Of a DNA stretch of 64,000 bases, positions 52,031-64,000 are shown in pieces. The notes under the pieces were generated by a model. That model made no database searches. It saw only the letters and a program-made list of their open reading frames with translations, and was not told the DNA's origin. The number at the start of each line of letters is the position of its first letter. The stretch's first letter is position 1. A program made the position numbers and the translations under genes. Source of the DNA: Eledone cirrhosa. Lineage: Eukaryota. The stretch lies in assembly GCA_964016885.1 (NCBI GenBank), contig OZ024740.1, positions 355,632,001-355,696,000 on the forward strand, read 5' to 3'.

Positions 52031-55000
52031 TTTATGTATGTACAGACCCATCCCATAACTCCTGATGGGGTTTTAGGGGCACAGAGGCTCTGTAGTGATA
52101 TACAGCATGTTTTGGGAACTTTAAACCTAGCAGAGCCCATCTCCTCTCCAGGTCTGAACATAACCAATTTCTTCCCAAGAAGGAGAGAGAGAGTGAGACA
52201 GTGAAAAAGTAAGAAAAAGATAAGAGAAAGAATTGATCCTAGTACATAACTGGTATGTTTTTATCAACCTTGAAAGGATGAAATCTAGAGTTGGCTTTGG
52301 CAGGATTTAAACTCAAAGTATAGAGTGCCAGAAAGAATAATGTAAAGCATTATATCTGACATTCTAATGACTGCCAATTTGCCACTGATGGTGTATGATA
52401 GTAAATGAATAAGTGAAAACAACAAAAAGAATGCATTAGAAAAAGAGAAGTGATATTATTTGAAGGAAATAACCTCTCCCCTAATATATATAAAATATGA
52501 AATATGGGAACTTGTACAAAATTACTGAAGCCATCTATTTTTATCAGAATTTTCAAAATATCTATAGAATCAAAATCTACTCTTAAGATATTGTGACCTA
52601 TCAAATCAACATTATATGCAACTGGAAGGAAAAAATAATAGTCCTACTGTAAATTCATCTGAGCTATTCTCTTCCTAAATGTGAATTCCTGCTGTAAATC
52701 TGACCCTCTGTTGAATATTTATACAACTTCTCTATTGCCATTCATATTACCAATTTTTTGTAGATTGCATTGCAGTTCACTTATACAATAACTTTTTCTA
52801 TATTGGCACCAAGAGGTAAAATTACCAAATTGCCTTGAAGCAACTATTAAAAATTTATATTTTAACCAATGTTCTTCAGAAATTGACATGAGTGATGAAT
52901 TAAATTAGAATATTTGATTAAAAGTGGTTTTGTGTCTTTTCTTATTGATAGAGAGAAATTGAATTTGTGGGCCAGTAAAATTCCCCGTTGGCAAAATGGA
53001 GAGTCACTAATTAATATTTGAAAAAAGAAAACAAAGATAGTGGGGTAGCGAACTTCATAATGGCACACTGGACTCAATTTCTTTTAATCAATTAACCTTT
53101 TGGGTTCAAATTTCACTGGAATTGAGTTGGACTTTTTATATTGAAATCACTTCAATATATGACTGGTGTTTAACTTCAATTGCTTATATATGTCTTTCTT
53201 CTCATTATTCTCCTTGTACACACACACACACACTGCCAATTCCATCACAGAAGGTTTAATTTTAGGAAAGCCATTTAAATGAAAAATGGTTACTGGAGGA
53301 ACACAAACATCTATATGCTAGCGTGGAAGATAGACGTTAAACGATGATGATGACAATGATGTTTCAATGTGGAAAAACAGACAATTGTTTGATGGATATG
53401 CTGAATGTAAATACTAACGTGAGAGCAGGAAGGTTTTAGAAAAATTAATCCATGTTGAATTTCAGAAGAGAAACTTATGACTTTGATACCCAAGAAAAGC
53501 TGATGAGAGTAACATGAAATTAATTAATTATGAAAATTAACCAGGGACAGTATATATTAAGGAACATTCAATGTGCTGTAAATTCCAGAGCATTTAGATA
53601 AATTAACTGTAAACAAAAACCTAACAGAAATAAGTCTTCAATCAACATTTCTTGAATAGATTCCTGGAATGGTATTAGCCATTTCAAGCCTTAGAAGTGT
53701 GCCTTTCTCTGACTGTCTTGAGAGTTGCTCCTGTCGGGTCAGGAAAGTATAGCCTACAATATCAGTATTGCTTGCAGCACCATTCTAAAATCAGTGTTTT
53801 TTGCATCAGATCAAATAAATGATTGATCTTGCACCGATTTCATTGATAGAACATTGGTAAATTATCTACTCATCAAATTATAGTCTAAGTGGGTGAATAT
53901 TTCACAGATTCTTCTACCTTTAATATAATTTAAAAGCATAAATAGCTTGGCTTGTGTAACAAGGCTGGGTCTCTCAATTATTGAAAAACAGACAATTGAT
54001 GAAACAGATATATTACTTAGAGTATGGAATAAAAGTTTCTTCATTTTGTTCTAATCACATTCCAGTGAATGCCTGTCTAACCTGAAAAACAGACATTAAC
54101 CCTTTAGCATTTACATTACTCTATATATACTATTGTATTTTCGTGGTAAAGGCTTTATCTCACATAATATCGAATCTGAGATTTTGATATTATTTATATT
54201 GAGATCAATACCTTAACATCAGTATGAGTAGCTGGTTACAAGCCAGTTTGAACAGAAATAGGTGAGAGAATTCTGGCCAAATACAGCCAGTTTAAATGAT
54301 TAAGGGTTAAACAATAATGATGATAATGACTTAAAAAGCAGTTAATCCTTCCGTGACAATGTTGTACACAATAATTTTCATTATTATATTATTTCTAATG
54401 AATTATATTGTCTATGTGTTTCAATTAATTTTGTTAAAGAATTATGAATTTAGAAATGTTTAATAAAGTAACTAATTTCACCATTATTAAGCTGAGGTTG
54501 ACTTTGCCTTTCATCCTTACGGGGTCAATAAAATAAAGTACCAGTAATGCACTGGGTAATTGCTGACCTTGTGCCAAAAAGTAGAAACAATTATTAAGCT
54601 GTTGTTTGGAATATAACTTAACAGAAGACTTTTACATAGAATTTTCAGGGCAGGCTTAAGTTTAAATATTTCAAAACAGTTTTGTATCATAATACTATGA
54701 ACTGCCTGGGGTGGGTTGGTATCAATGTTTAAATGTCTTTTTCTTTTATCTGCTTTTTTATTCTGCTTTGTTTTTGTTATGATGTCATTCATGTACTATG
54801 TAAAAATTATTGGGATGCCAAGGATTTAGGTCTTCTTTGGGGCTGTGTTTGGGTGTGGTTCAGATGGCAGATTTCTTCAGTAAGATGAAAGGATGTTGAT
54901 ATAATTTAGTATTCTTGATGAGTAAAGTGAATAATAATAAATATATATTCTATGATAAATCATCATTATGTTTTCCCTGCTAGTATGGGTTGTATGGGTA

Positions 55001-56186
55001 ATCAAAGACTGTCTGTATTTAATTCGAGCTACTGGCCACAGAGACGTTGGGGGCTGCATTTTATGTGGCACTGGCACTAGAGGTTGTCGTGCTGTGATTA
55101 CAAGAGCCTCTCAAACCTTTTTGGAATGGTTTCTACTACTAGAAGTTCTTCGTAACACCAATCACATTACAGGGAAGTTGTTGGACATTGACTCAACAGA
55201 AGAGCCCACTTTACTCTATGGGGAAAGGAGGAAGAAGGATGTTAAATATAATGTCAGAGGTGTATGACAGAGTGATTAGTGGGAGGGAGTGATCTCCAAT
55301 AAAGTGAGAGGTACTATGATGACAAGAACAGTTACTTAGGAGCTATAACTGGTGTGTTAGGATTTAAGAAGAGTGGAATGCTCCTGCATTGAGTAAGGGC
55401 AGAGTATTTAGTTATGGTGAGAATGGCTAAGGAAAGATAATGGAAAGGGGAGCATGAATGGGTCACATCATTTATGCTGGTAGATGAGTCGTCTCCAATG
55501 TCATATGCAGCCAATCTTTAGTCTGGTGGTGGTTGTGGTGGCAATGGTGTTTGGGTGGCAATGGTGTTTGGGTGGTAATGGTGGGATGGAGGTAGGGTGG
55601 CTAAGAAATGGGGACTATTGCTACCAGGGAAAGCATATGTTAAATAATGATGGTGATGGTATATATACAGTGGAACTAAATTCCTTCCTGAAGGCCATTT
55701 GTTAGCCAAAATGTTTGTAAACCAAAACTATTTTTCTCATACGAAATGCTGAGAGAGAGTGTGTGTGTGAAAGACAGATATACACAACAAGTGACGCTTT
55801 CCCATCATTGTTGCTGGCTTGCATGTTCAATATGTTGTATGTTCGGAAAAATTGTTCATGAACCGATTTGTTCATGATGAGGTGTTTCAGAATTGAGGGT
55901 CTGTTAATGACCATGGATTTGCACCTAGAAAGTTTCCCTTTGAGGCACAAGCCTGGGCAAGGTTTGTTTGTAGAAGACCAGCAGTCACCCACGTATACTA
56001 GTCTCCCCTCTCCATGCCACAAATGTTGTCCAAGGGAAATGGCCTATACTGTGATGTCACAACTCATTTCTACAGCTGAGTAATGTGAAATAAAGTGTCT
56101 TGCTCACCTGGTCTGGGAATGGAACTCTCAATTGCAAGCCCACAGCTCTAACCACTAAGCCATGCACCTTCACAGGTTCCACTGTA

Positions 56187-56233
<47 letters not shown>

Positions 56234-57404
56234 CATCATCATCTTCGTTTAACATCCATCTTCCACGCTAGCATGGGTTAGACGGGAGTTGTCCCAATTG
56301 AAGCAAAGTTGGTCGGGTGACCGTGTCTCACTCATATAGGACTATCTGGCAGGTTTTCTACGGCTGGATGGCCTTCTCAACATCAACCACATTTACAGTG
56401 TGGACTGGGAACTTTTTACCGTGTTACCTACACGGCCACATTACAGCGTGGACTGTGTTTTTTTGTCATGACACCTAGACAATCTCGATCTCATTATCTC
56501 ATTTATTTGGACAATGTTGTGCTACCAACTTTACAGAGAGGGTGGTGTTGGTGGGAGGATAGAGTAGGGGTAGTGGATTGGGGTGTATATTTGGTTAAGA
56601 GGTGCCTATTGACTGTAGGTTTCGCTTTGTACATAGGCAAGGCGGGTCTTCTTTATTACTATAGCACCAAAGATCTCAGTCCAGTGACATTGTCTTAGAG
56701 AGGTGTAAGTGTGTAAGGTCAGAATTTATTAAATCGTCCCCGGTTTTTCTGGGTCTACCTACTCTGTAACTTCCATCAATTTTGATCGCCCTGCACTTTT
56801 TTTTATACAGCTGTCATCTTTCATGCGCATCACATGGCCATACCAACGTAGTCTTCTCAAGTAAACAGCATCTGATCCCTCTTATTCCTAATTTCTCACT
56901 TAGTTCATTTATGCTTTGCCGTTCATGTATATTACTATTACACATCCAACGGAGCATGCATGCCTCGTTCCTTTCCAGTCTATGTAGGTCCTCTGCACAT
57001 AATGCCCATGTCTCACTGCCATGTAGCATTGCTGTTCGTATACAAGCATCATACAATCTGCCTTTCATTTTTAGAGGGAAACCTTTTGTGGCCAACAGCG
57101 GTATAAGCTCTCTGAACTTTTTCCATCCCCTTCTGACACTGGCTACTGTACTTTCAGAGCACCCTCCACCACTGCTGATTTTGTCACCCAGGTAACGGAA
57201 AGTGTCCACTATTTCTATAGAACTATCTGGGCAGTAGAAGGAGTTAGTATCCTGTGGGCACTTGCTACTTATTGCACCTGAGCATTGGCCACATATAAAA
57301 TCTACGTTCCCACTACATCTTTTATTTATCCATAGTTTGCATTTGGGACATAAAATGGAATTTCTACCTACTCCTTTCCTACACACTGAGCATGGCCATT
57401 TCCC
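56234..57404 (-). mobile_element. RTE-clade LINE 3' fragment starting at the PHD insert
   Basis: WPCSVCRKGVGRNSILCPKCKLWINKRC..FICGQC..FRYLG..; 3' UTR and (GAT)n tail; bounded by (TA)n on both sides. Confidence 0.9.
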
Positions 57405-59125
57405 ATATATATATAAAACTCAATGTTATGGTATAAGACACTTATCTAAAGTGCTGCTCAGAACCCCAAACCACATGGTTGCAGAGTAAAGTTCTTAACC
57501 ATACAGCCATGCTTATCTCCATTTTATTTCCAATATGCACACTTTTGAATTGTAACCCTTTTGTTACCATATTTCTAATGAAAGACATTGACTATGATTT
57601 ACAAATATTTATGAAAATAATCAAGAATTTCAAGACAATTTATTTAGTGATATAATTAACTTTCGTGTTATTTATTTATTGCTTGAAATATAACTTACCA
57701 AAGGTCCTTACATAAAATCATGCTGGAAGGCTGTTAGATAAATATAGACACCTTAAAATAAACAGTATTGTATCACAGAACAAGGGCTGGTTTCAATCAT
57801 TCCACATCAAAGGGGTTAAATTGTTAGATTTAGAAGTATAAATATACAAGTGGGGTTTATGAATATATGCAAATGGAGTATAATTTATAGGTTAACTGAT
57901 TTTTTTTAAAAGCATCAGTGTAATTTGAACTCAGATTATATGAGAAAAGCAAATACTGGGAGTCATTTTGGTGTGTGATCTACAATATCTGCTACTTCAC
58001 TATCTAAAGAAGATATAAGAGAAAAGATTTAATTCATGGTTTGTAACTAATCTGACTGCATCAACTAAAGATCAGATGCTTTCATAAGGAAAGAAAATAA
58101 GTTAATAATATATGTGAACAAGGTTTAAATATCTGCACTGTTGACTTGTAATAAAGCTCTCTAGTCATTGAAATACAACAAATCATTAAGTATAGACACA
58201 TCAACTTAAGTATAGTTTAGTTCCCATTTCTTAGCTACTCTACCGTCACTCCACCACCAATACAAACACCACTACCATCACAATCAACACCACCACTATC
58301 ATCACAAAACCAGCACTACCACAACCACTATCACCAGCACTACCATCAAAACTACTACCAGCACCACCACTACCATCAAAACTACCAGCACCACAACCAT
58401 CACAACCACAACCACCACCATCACAACCACTACCAGCATCACCACAAACAATGACCACCACTACCACCAGAACCACAACCACCACCACCCAAGACACAAA
58501 AATAATTAAGTATACAAAAAAAAAAAAAAAAAAAAAATAGAAGAAAAATATTAAAGAAGCCATTAAAAATGCTTCTATGTTATCATTAGATGAGTAGCAG
58601 GTAAATCCCCTTCAGAAAATCCCCTAATCTTTCTAAGATGTAGAAGACTTCATGTTTTAAATCCTCCATGTTAGGTTAATATGTCCACTGATCAAATTAT
58701 TGATTCAATCAACTGCTTCTAAATATACGTTTGTTTCCAGTAAAAAGAAGAAAAACAAGAAGATTTTTAATGATATACAAAAATGTTTCAAAGTTCCAAG
58801 GGGTTCTTAAAAGACTAATGTGTAGTTATGATTTCATAGCATTAAGTAGAGAAGAGGTGAAAGCTTACAGATCAAATGACATTTTATGGGAGGCAATATC
58901 CTCAATAGATTCTGGCACTTATCACCAGGGTAATGCAGAATTAAAAGAACGTGACTTGATAACTGATTAAGGTTTGAACTCAAGATATATGAGTTAGTAG
59001 TCAAATATATAATCCACTCAAGCAATCCAGCACTATATTTAAAAAAATAAAAGTAAGCTCTTTACTGAAAGAAATAAAAATAAATGTATTAAAAAAAACC
59101 CCCCAAAAACGTGTAAATTATTTAC

Positions 59126-59219
59126 CTTTGAACGATGGATATCGCCATCATCAGTCTCCCCTACACCAAGAAGTTTTCTGGATTTTAAACGACTGTGCAA
59201 ATCACCACTACTGTGCTTC
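59126..59219 (-). CDS. TP53I11: TP53I11/PIG11-like N-terminal coding exon (94 nt)
   Basis: ttattatttacag|[32 protein letters not shown]|gtaaat. Parallels TP53I11 [32 protein letters not shown]; ends in phase 0, joining in frame to 14962. The ATG-containing exon was not located. Confidence 0.9.
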
Positions 59220-60562
59220 CTGTAAATAATAAAAGAAAAATAACACTTGTAAAACAGTTTGTCATCAATTATAAAAAAAACAACAAAAAACTTAGTAAAA
59301 GCAAGTAATTGATACATATGTCTTTTTCTATCTCATTAAAACTTACTTTAACAGCTTTTCCAACTAGAACAAAGGCATGTAGTCATGTATTCCTAGAATA
59401 TAATTACTCAAGTCAAGAAAGAAACATCTTATTGGTTACTAAGTGGATGCAGGCATGGCTGTGCAGTTAAAAAGTTCAATCCCATTGCAAGTTTCTTTAC
59501 CATAGCCATAGGTTGATCTAAAAGAGAATTAGGGCTGTGTTTAATGTTACATTATGTTTTCACACTTCCAGAATCATTAGAAATATTTGACCTTAATGTT
59601 AACCAATGAAACGAAGGAAAATGTTCTCTAGATCAGTGCATTTTGTGTATCCTGGTATTTAGAATAGGTACACTGTAGTTCTCCATGTTGTAAGTGGCAA
59701 CTAAAAGTGTTAGTGTCAAGGACATCTGGCTGTAAAATCCTGTTTAAACATTGCTGGCATGGAAAAGTAGACAATGATGACAATGACATCTAGTTAGTAT
59801 ATCAAATGAATTTTTCACTAAAAGTGGTTGGTGTTAAAAAGGGCATCCAGCTGTAAAATACCCAGCCAAATTTACAGTCTTCACTGGAGCAAGGTGCGAC
59901 ACATGGCCAACCCTGGCCAGATTTTCCTCCCGGCATGGACAACCTGTCTAACCCATGCGAACGTGGAAAAATTGATGTATGATGATGAATTACTATAAAT
60001 ATTTGAAAGAAATTGTGTTGTAAGGAATGGGTAAGAACATGCTTCTTACTGAATGTCATTTTAATTCCTATAGCTTGCCTAGTGAAAAAAAGCTAGAATG
60101 CACACCGATTATTCAATTTATCATAAAAGCAAAATTTTAGAAACCAAAAATATATGTTATTAAATAACATGTTTGGACTTTTTAGCTTTAGTAGTAGTTT
60201 ATAGGATACCATAGAAAATGTACACTCAATGAGTCAATCAAAGAAACAACAAAAACAGTGGCACTTGATGCTTAGATAGAGTGTGGTGCACCAAAAGCAA
60301 CAAATTTTCAACAAATCAATAAAACTGATTCAATTAATTCTAACATATAAGTATTACTTATATTATTAAACTAGATGCAAACTAGTCACCTCAAGTAGGA
60401 TTTGAACTCAGAATGCAATGGCTTATAAATAAATATTGATTTCTAACTTAGGCCCAAGGTTTGCGGGAGGGTATACTTGACTGGTCTTTATTTTATTGAC
60501 TCAGAAGAATGAATTCAAAGTCAACACTGCAGAATTTGAACTCACAGTGTAAAGAGCTGAAA

Positions 60563-60774
60563 TTAATTCTTAACATCCTGTAATGATTTAGCAAAAATAT
60601 CTAAAATTGAGTGTTAATTCAAATGTTTATATCATTTACTAGCAGACAGATGAATATGAAAATTTGTTGTAAACTAAAGTAAAAACTGAATGTGAGATAG
60701 TCATAGTGCTGTTTTGAATTTTCAAGAATGTCTTGCTAATGCAGTTTCATATGGTACAGGATGTTAAGAGTTAA
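60563..60774. mobile_element. TTAA-flanked MITE, family C
   Basis: TTAA-TTCTTAACATCCTGTA...TACAGGATGTTAAGAG-TTAA; related ends at ~16390-16462 and ~30260-30281; a partial second left end follows at 60775. Confidence 0.6.
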
Positions 60775-63700
60775 TTTAATATCCTGTAATGATTTAATAG
60801 AAAATATCTAAAATTGGGTCTGTTAATTCAAATGTTTATCATATCTTATCCTTATGGCTGCTATTTGGGTTGATAGGGCAGAAAGGTAATGTGCTTATTT
60901 TCTAAAACATTATTCTTGTATAATCATTGAAAGGGTTAAGGTGATTCACCATCTTTCTTGAAATGCATTGATCATCAAAGACAATCACTTGCATTGATTC
61001 ATACTCTATAGTAAATAAATTCTATTTCTTAATCCTTTCATGCTGGCAAAGAAATGTAACAGAATGTCAGATCTACTTTGAAGCTGCCGCCTATAGTTTA
61101 AACTACTCACAGTCAGGTAAATAAAGATTAATATGATGCTGCCTGAAGATTTAGTAAGTAGGTTACCTGGATTTGCAAAATTCAATAGCCAACCTGCTTT
61201 AGAATGTAACGTTTTGTTTCATAATGAAGATGATGATGACAGTGATGATATCACAATGATAAAGGTAAAATTGCTAAAGGTAAGATTCAGGTTAAACTGG
61301 ATGAAGACCTATGATAAAAGACATTCCAGCCATGACAAACCTTGTTGGGTTTTGTCTTAGTATGTTTAGAACTACTTTATACAATGTATCCTTTTCTTAT
61401 TTAAAATGGTAAGGTGCAATTTGATAAGAGTTTGGTGCTATTTAACAGATCAAGCAACCAATACAGAGACTGTTATATTGGCTCACAAAGACTAGGGGGA
61501 TGGTGGAAGTGATAATGATAATGGGGGGGGGGGGTCATCATAATAATGACCTCAGAGGTCACAAAGACAACAAGCAAAAAAATACTTCAATATTATACAA
61601 TGATTATACAAGAATAATGTTTTAGAAAATAAGCACATTACCTTTCTGCCCAATCTTTTTGTTATGCCAAATGGAAACCATTTGGCACAAATAAATGAGA
61701 GAAGGCACAAGACCAGCACAACTGATTTTAGAGTCTCATTATGCATGCATGAGCCCGTAAGTCGTAAACGTGAAGTAGTAATATATAGTTTTACATAATT
61801 CTAGATACATATATACAACAACTGAAGATGATTGGAGAATATTGTGATGAAAATGTGCAAAAACCCCCAAATGCAAAATAAATTTAGAGAAGCCAAATCA
61901 GATATATGCGCATATATACAGTTGTATATCAAATGAATTAAAATGCTGCCAAACAAATTTACAACTAACAAAAACTAATATAAATCATCAATATCATAAA
62001 TAACTAAATATATATGCATATATAGTCCCTGAACTCCAGGTGAGGTTGTAGGGACACTTGTGACATTTATCTTGGGCATTAAAACCTGGTGGAGTCCATC
62101 CCTCTCCAAGTACAGCCAACTTCTGCCAGAGAAAGAGTGAGATAAAGAAGAATCAACCTCAGAATTGAATTGGTACTTCATTCATTAACCTTGAAAAGAT
62201 GGATAGCAAAGCTGGCTTCAGTGGGATTTAAACTTAGAATGCAAAAGGGTGGAATGAATATTGTGAAGCAATCTCTCCAACGTTCATTTGACTCCTCCAA
62301 TACATTGCATTAAATACATAAGTAGGTTATAAAAATCCTGAATTTCAAAATAAAAGCTATTTTTTCTATATTGTTTTAAACCATTTTGAGACTGTTTCTA
62401 ATGAAATACACTATTTCAATTAGGTAATGAAATAATTGATAATTTTTAATAATCTCTCAAAATTTTGCATTTCTAAAATAGAAACTAAACATAGTTCTTA
62501 TATGTTGAAAGATATTAATTTATATAGAAACTCTTTAATATGAGTGGCTTTGTTTCATAGAACCAGAAGCAGTTTTGCCCAGGTTATTAAGAAAGTTAAT
62601 GAGAAATATAATCTGAACGAATAAAGAAAACGGGATGCACACGTCTGTATGGCTGTAAACTGTTCAACATAATCTATCGCCAGTGATAAAGAGCTAGTGG
62701 ATGTGTTTTAATTATTTTCCAGTCAAGTTGTGTAATGCTGTCAAGTTTACAAGAAACATGCTCCTTTCCAGGTGAATTACTATATTACACAATACAAAGC
62801 GTTAACACAACAGTTGTTACATAAGATTTCTTGTAATCATGATATATTGGCAGTTATCCTAAAGGGCACAATATCAGAAACAGGAAAGCCTCTACATGGT
62901 TTTTGTCCTGCTAGAAATAGCAATTAAACCCCCTCCTCTTAAATCACACTCTTCTGTCTTTAACCCTTTCGTTGATGAAATATAAATATGCTGCCAATGT
63001 GTTTCAATTAATTTTTAAAATAATCAAGAATTTGGAAAATTTGGTATTACAACTAACTTACTCGTTATGTTGATGTTTGAAACATTACTTAAAGGTTCTT
63101 ATATAAAATTATGAACCCTTTAAATCAGGCAATTTTGTATTTTAGAACTAGGAGCAGTTTTATAAGGTTTAATATCAAAGAAGTTAAAAAATATAAAACA
63201 TGCTACACTGTATAACGTAACCTTAGATATGCTGTTTTGATAAAAGATAGGATGTTCAAAGCTAGAATTGGTCATAAGTCTGCCTGATCAGTGTTGACCT
63301 GGGATTTTATAAAAACAACAACCACCTTCCAGCAAAGTTAAATGTCTACACACACACAGACATATATTTATATACACATACAAACAGAGCTAACTAAGGA
63401 AATTTCCGGACTGAATTTGACTGTTCTATTTACGTGTTCTACTTAATATGTTCTATTTACATTTGTTATAATGAAAAAAAATTTGTTTTCATAATTTTCA
63501 ACTGGAATGTTAACACTCCATTCTGGGATTCCATACAGATGGAATAGCAAAAATTAGCTGCAATTAATTTTGTTTTTTCTTTTCTATTTTGCAACATGTT
63601 TCTGTGTCAATATGGTTTGTTTGTAAATTTGAACAAGTGAATAGAGTTGGTGCATTTCTAAGTATTGTTGCTGTTATTGAGTAGCTTCAGTTAGGTTTTG

Positions 63701-64000
63701 TTAAGGCCTATCGTCAAGGGTTAGCTAATTGAGGAAATATTCCATTGTTATCCTAGCTATGGATATCCATTCTTTATCATGGAATACAATGTTTAAAAAT
63801 AACAGGAGGTCCTCATTATTTCAAAGCAGAAAACTACTTACTGAAAGATATTTAACTGCTTAAAGTCCTCTACTGCATGAAGCCATATTAATGAAACATT
63901 GTTGAAAAGCATAAAACAGCACTATGGCTACATCACATTAAAATTAACTCTTTACAGTAAATTTTCACTACAATCTGTTGTCTAGTAAAGATACTATAAA

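Noticed and set aside
59220-64000. ATG-containing first coding exon of TP53I11
   Set aside because: Candidate donors near 61165 and 63840 had no convincing open upstream frame; the exon probably lies outside the window.

Overview
AT-rich, microsatellite- and transposon-dense animal genomic DNA. The SINE/LINE repertoire strongly suggests an octopus or other coleoid cephalopod (inferred from remembered repeat families). Nearly the whole window is intronic to one minus-strand gene, a TP53I11 (PIG11) homologue. Three small coding exons with canonical splice sites are visible (59219-59126, 14962-14855, 40-<1), separated by introns of about 44.2 kb and 14.8 kb. The introns hold: a near-intact full-length RTE-clade LINE plus several truncated relatives, whose reverse transcriptase carries a C4HC3 PHD finger inserted inside the RT core; a near-complete CR1-type LINE with a polyQ ORF1; Penelope-like remnants with hammerhead-ribozyme motifs; a piggyBac remnant with TTAA-flanked MITEs; several tRNA-derived SINE families; and many simple repeats. 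Top leads are (1) the PHD-in-RT architecture, (2) a ~2.1 kb near-identical inverted LINE pair bracketing a frame-symmetric 108-nt exon (circRNA, exon-skipping or ADAR candidate), and (3) several intronic hammerhead motifs. Most short ORFs in the supplied track are spurious. All family assignments come from motif recognition, not database searches.
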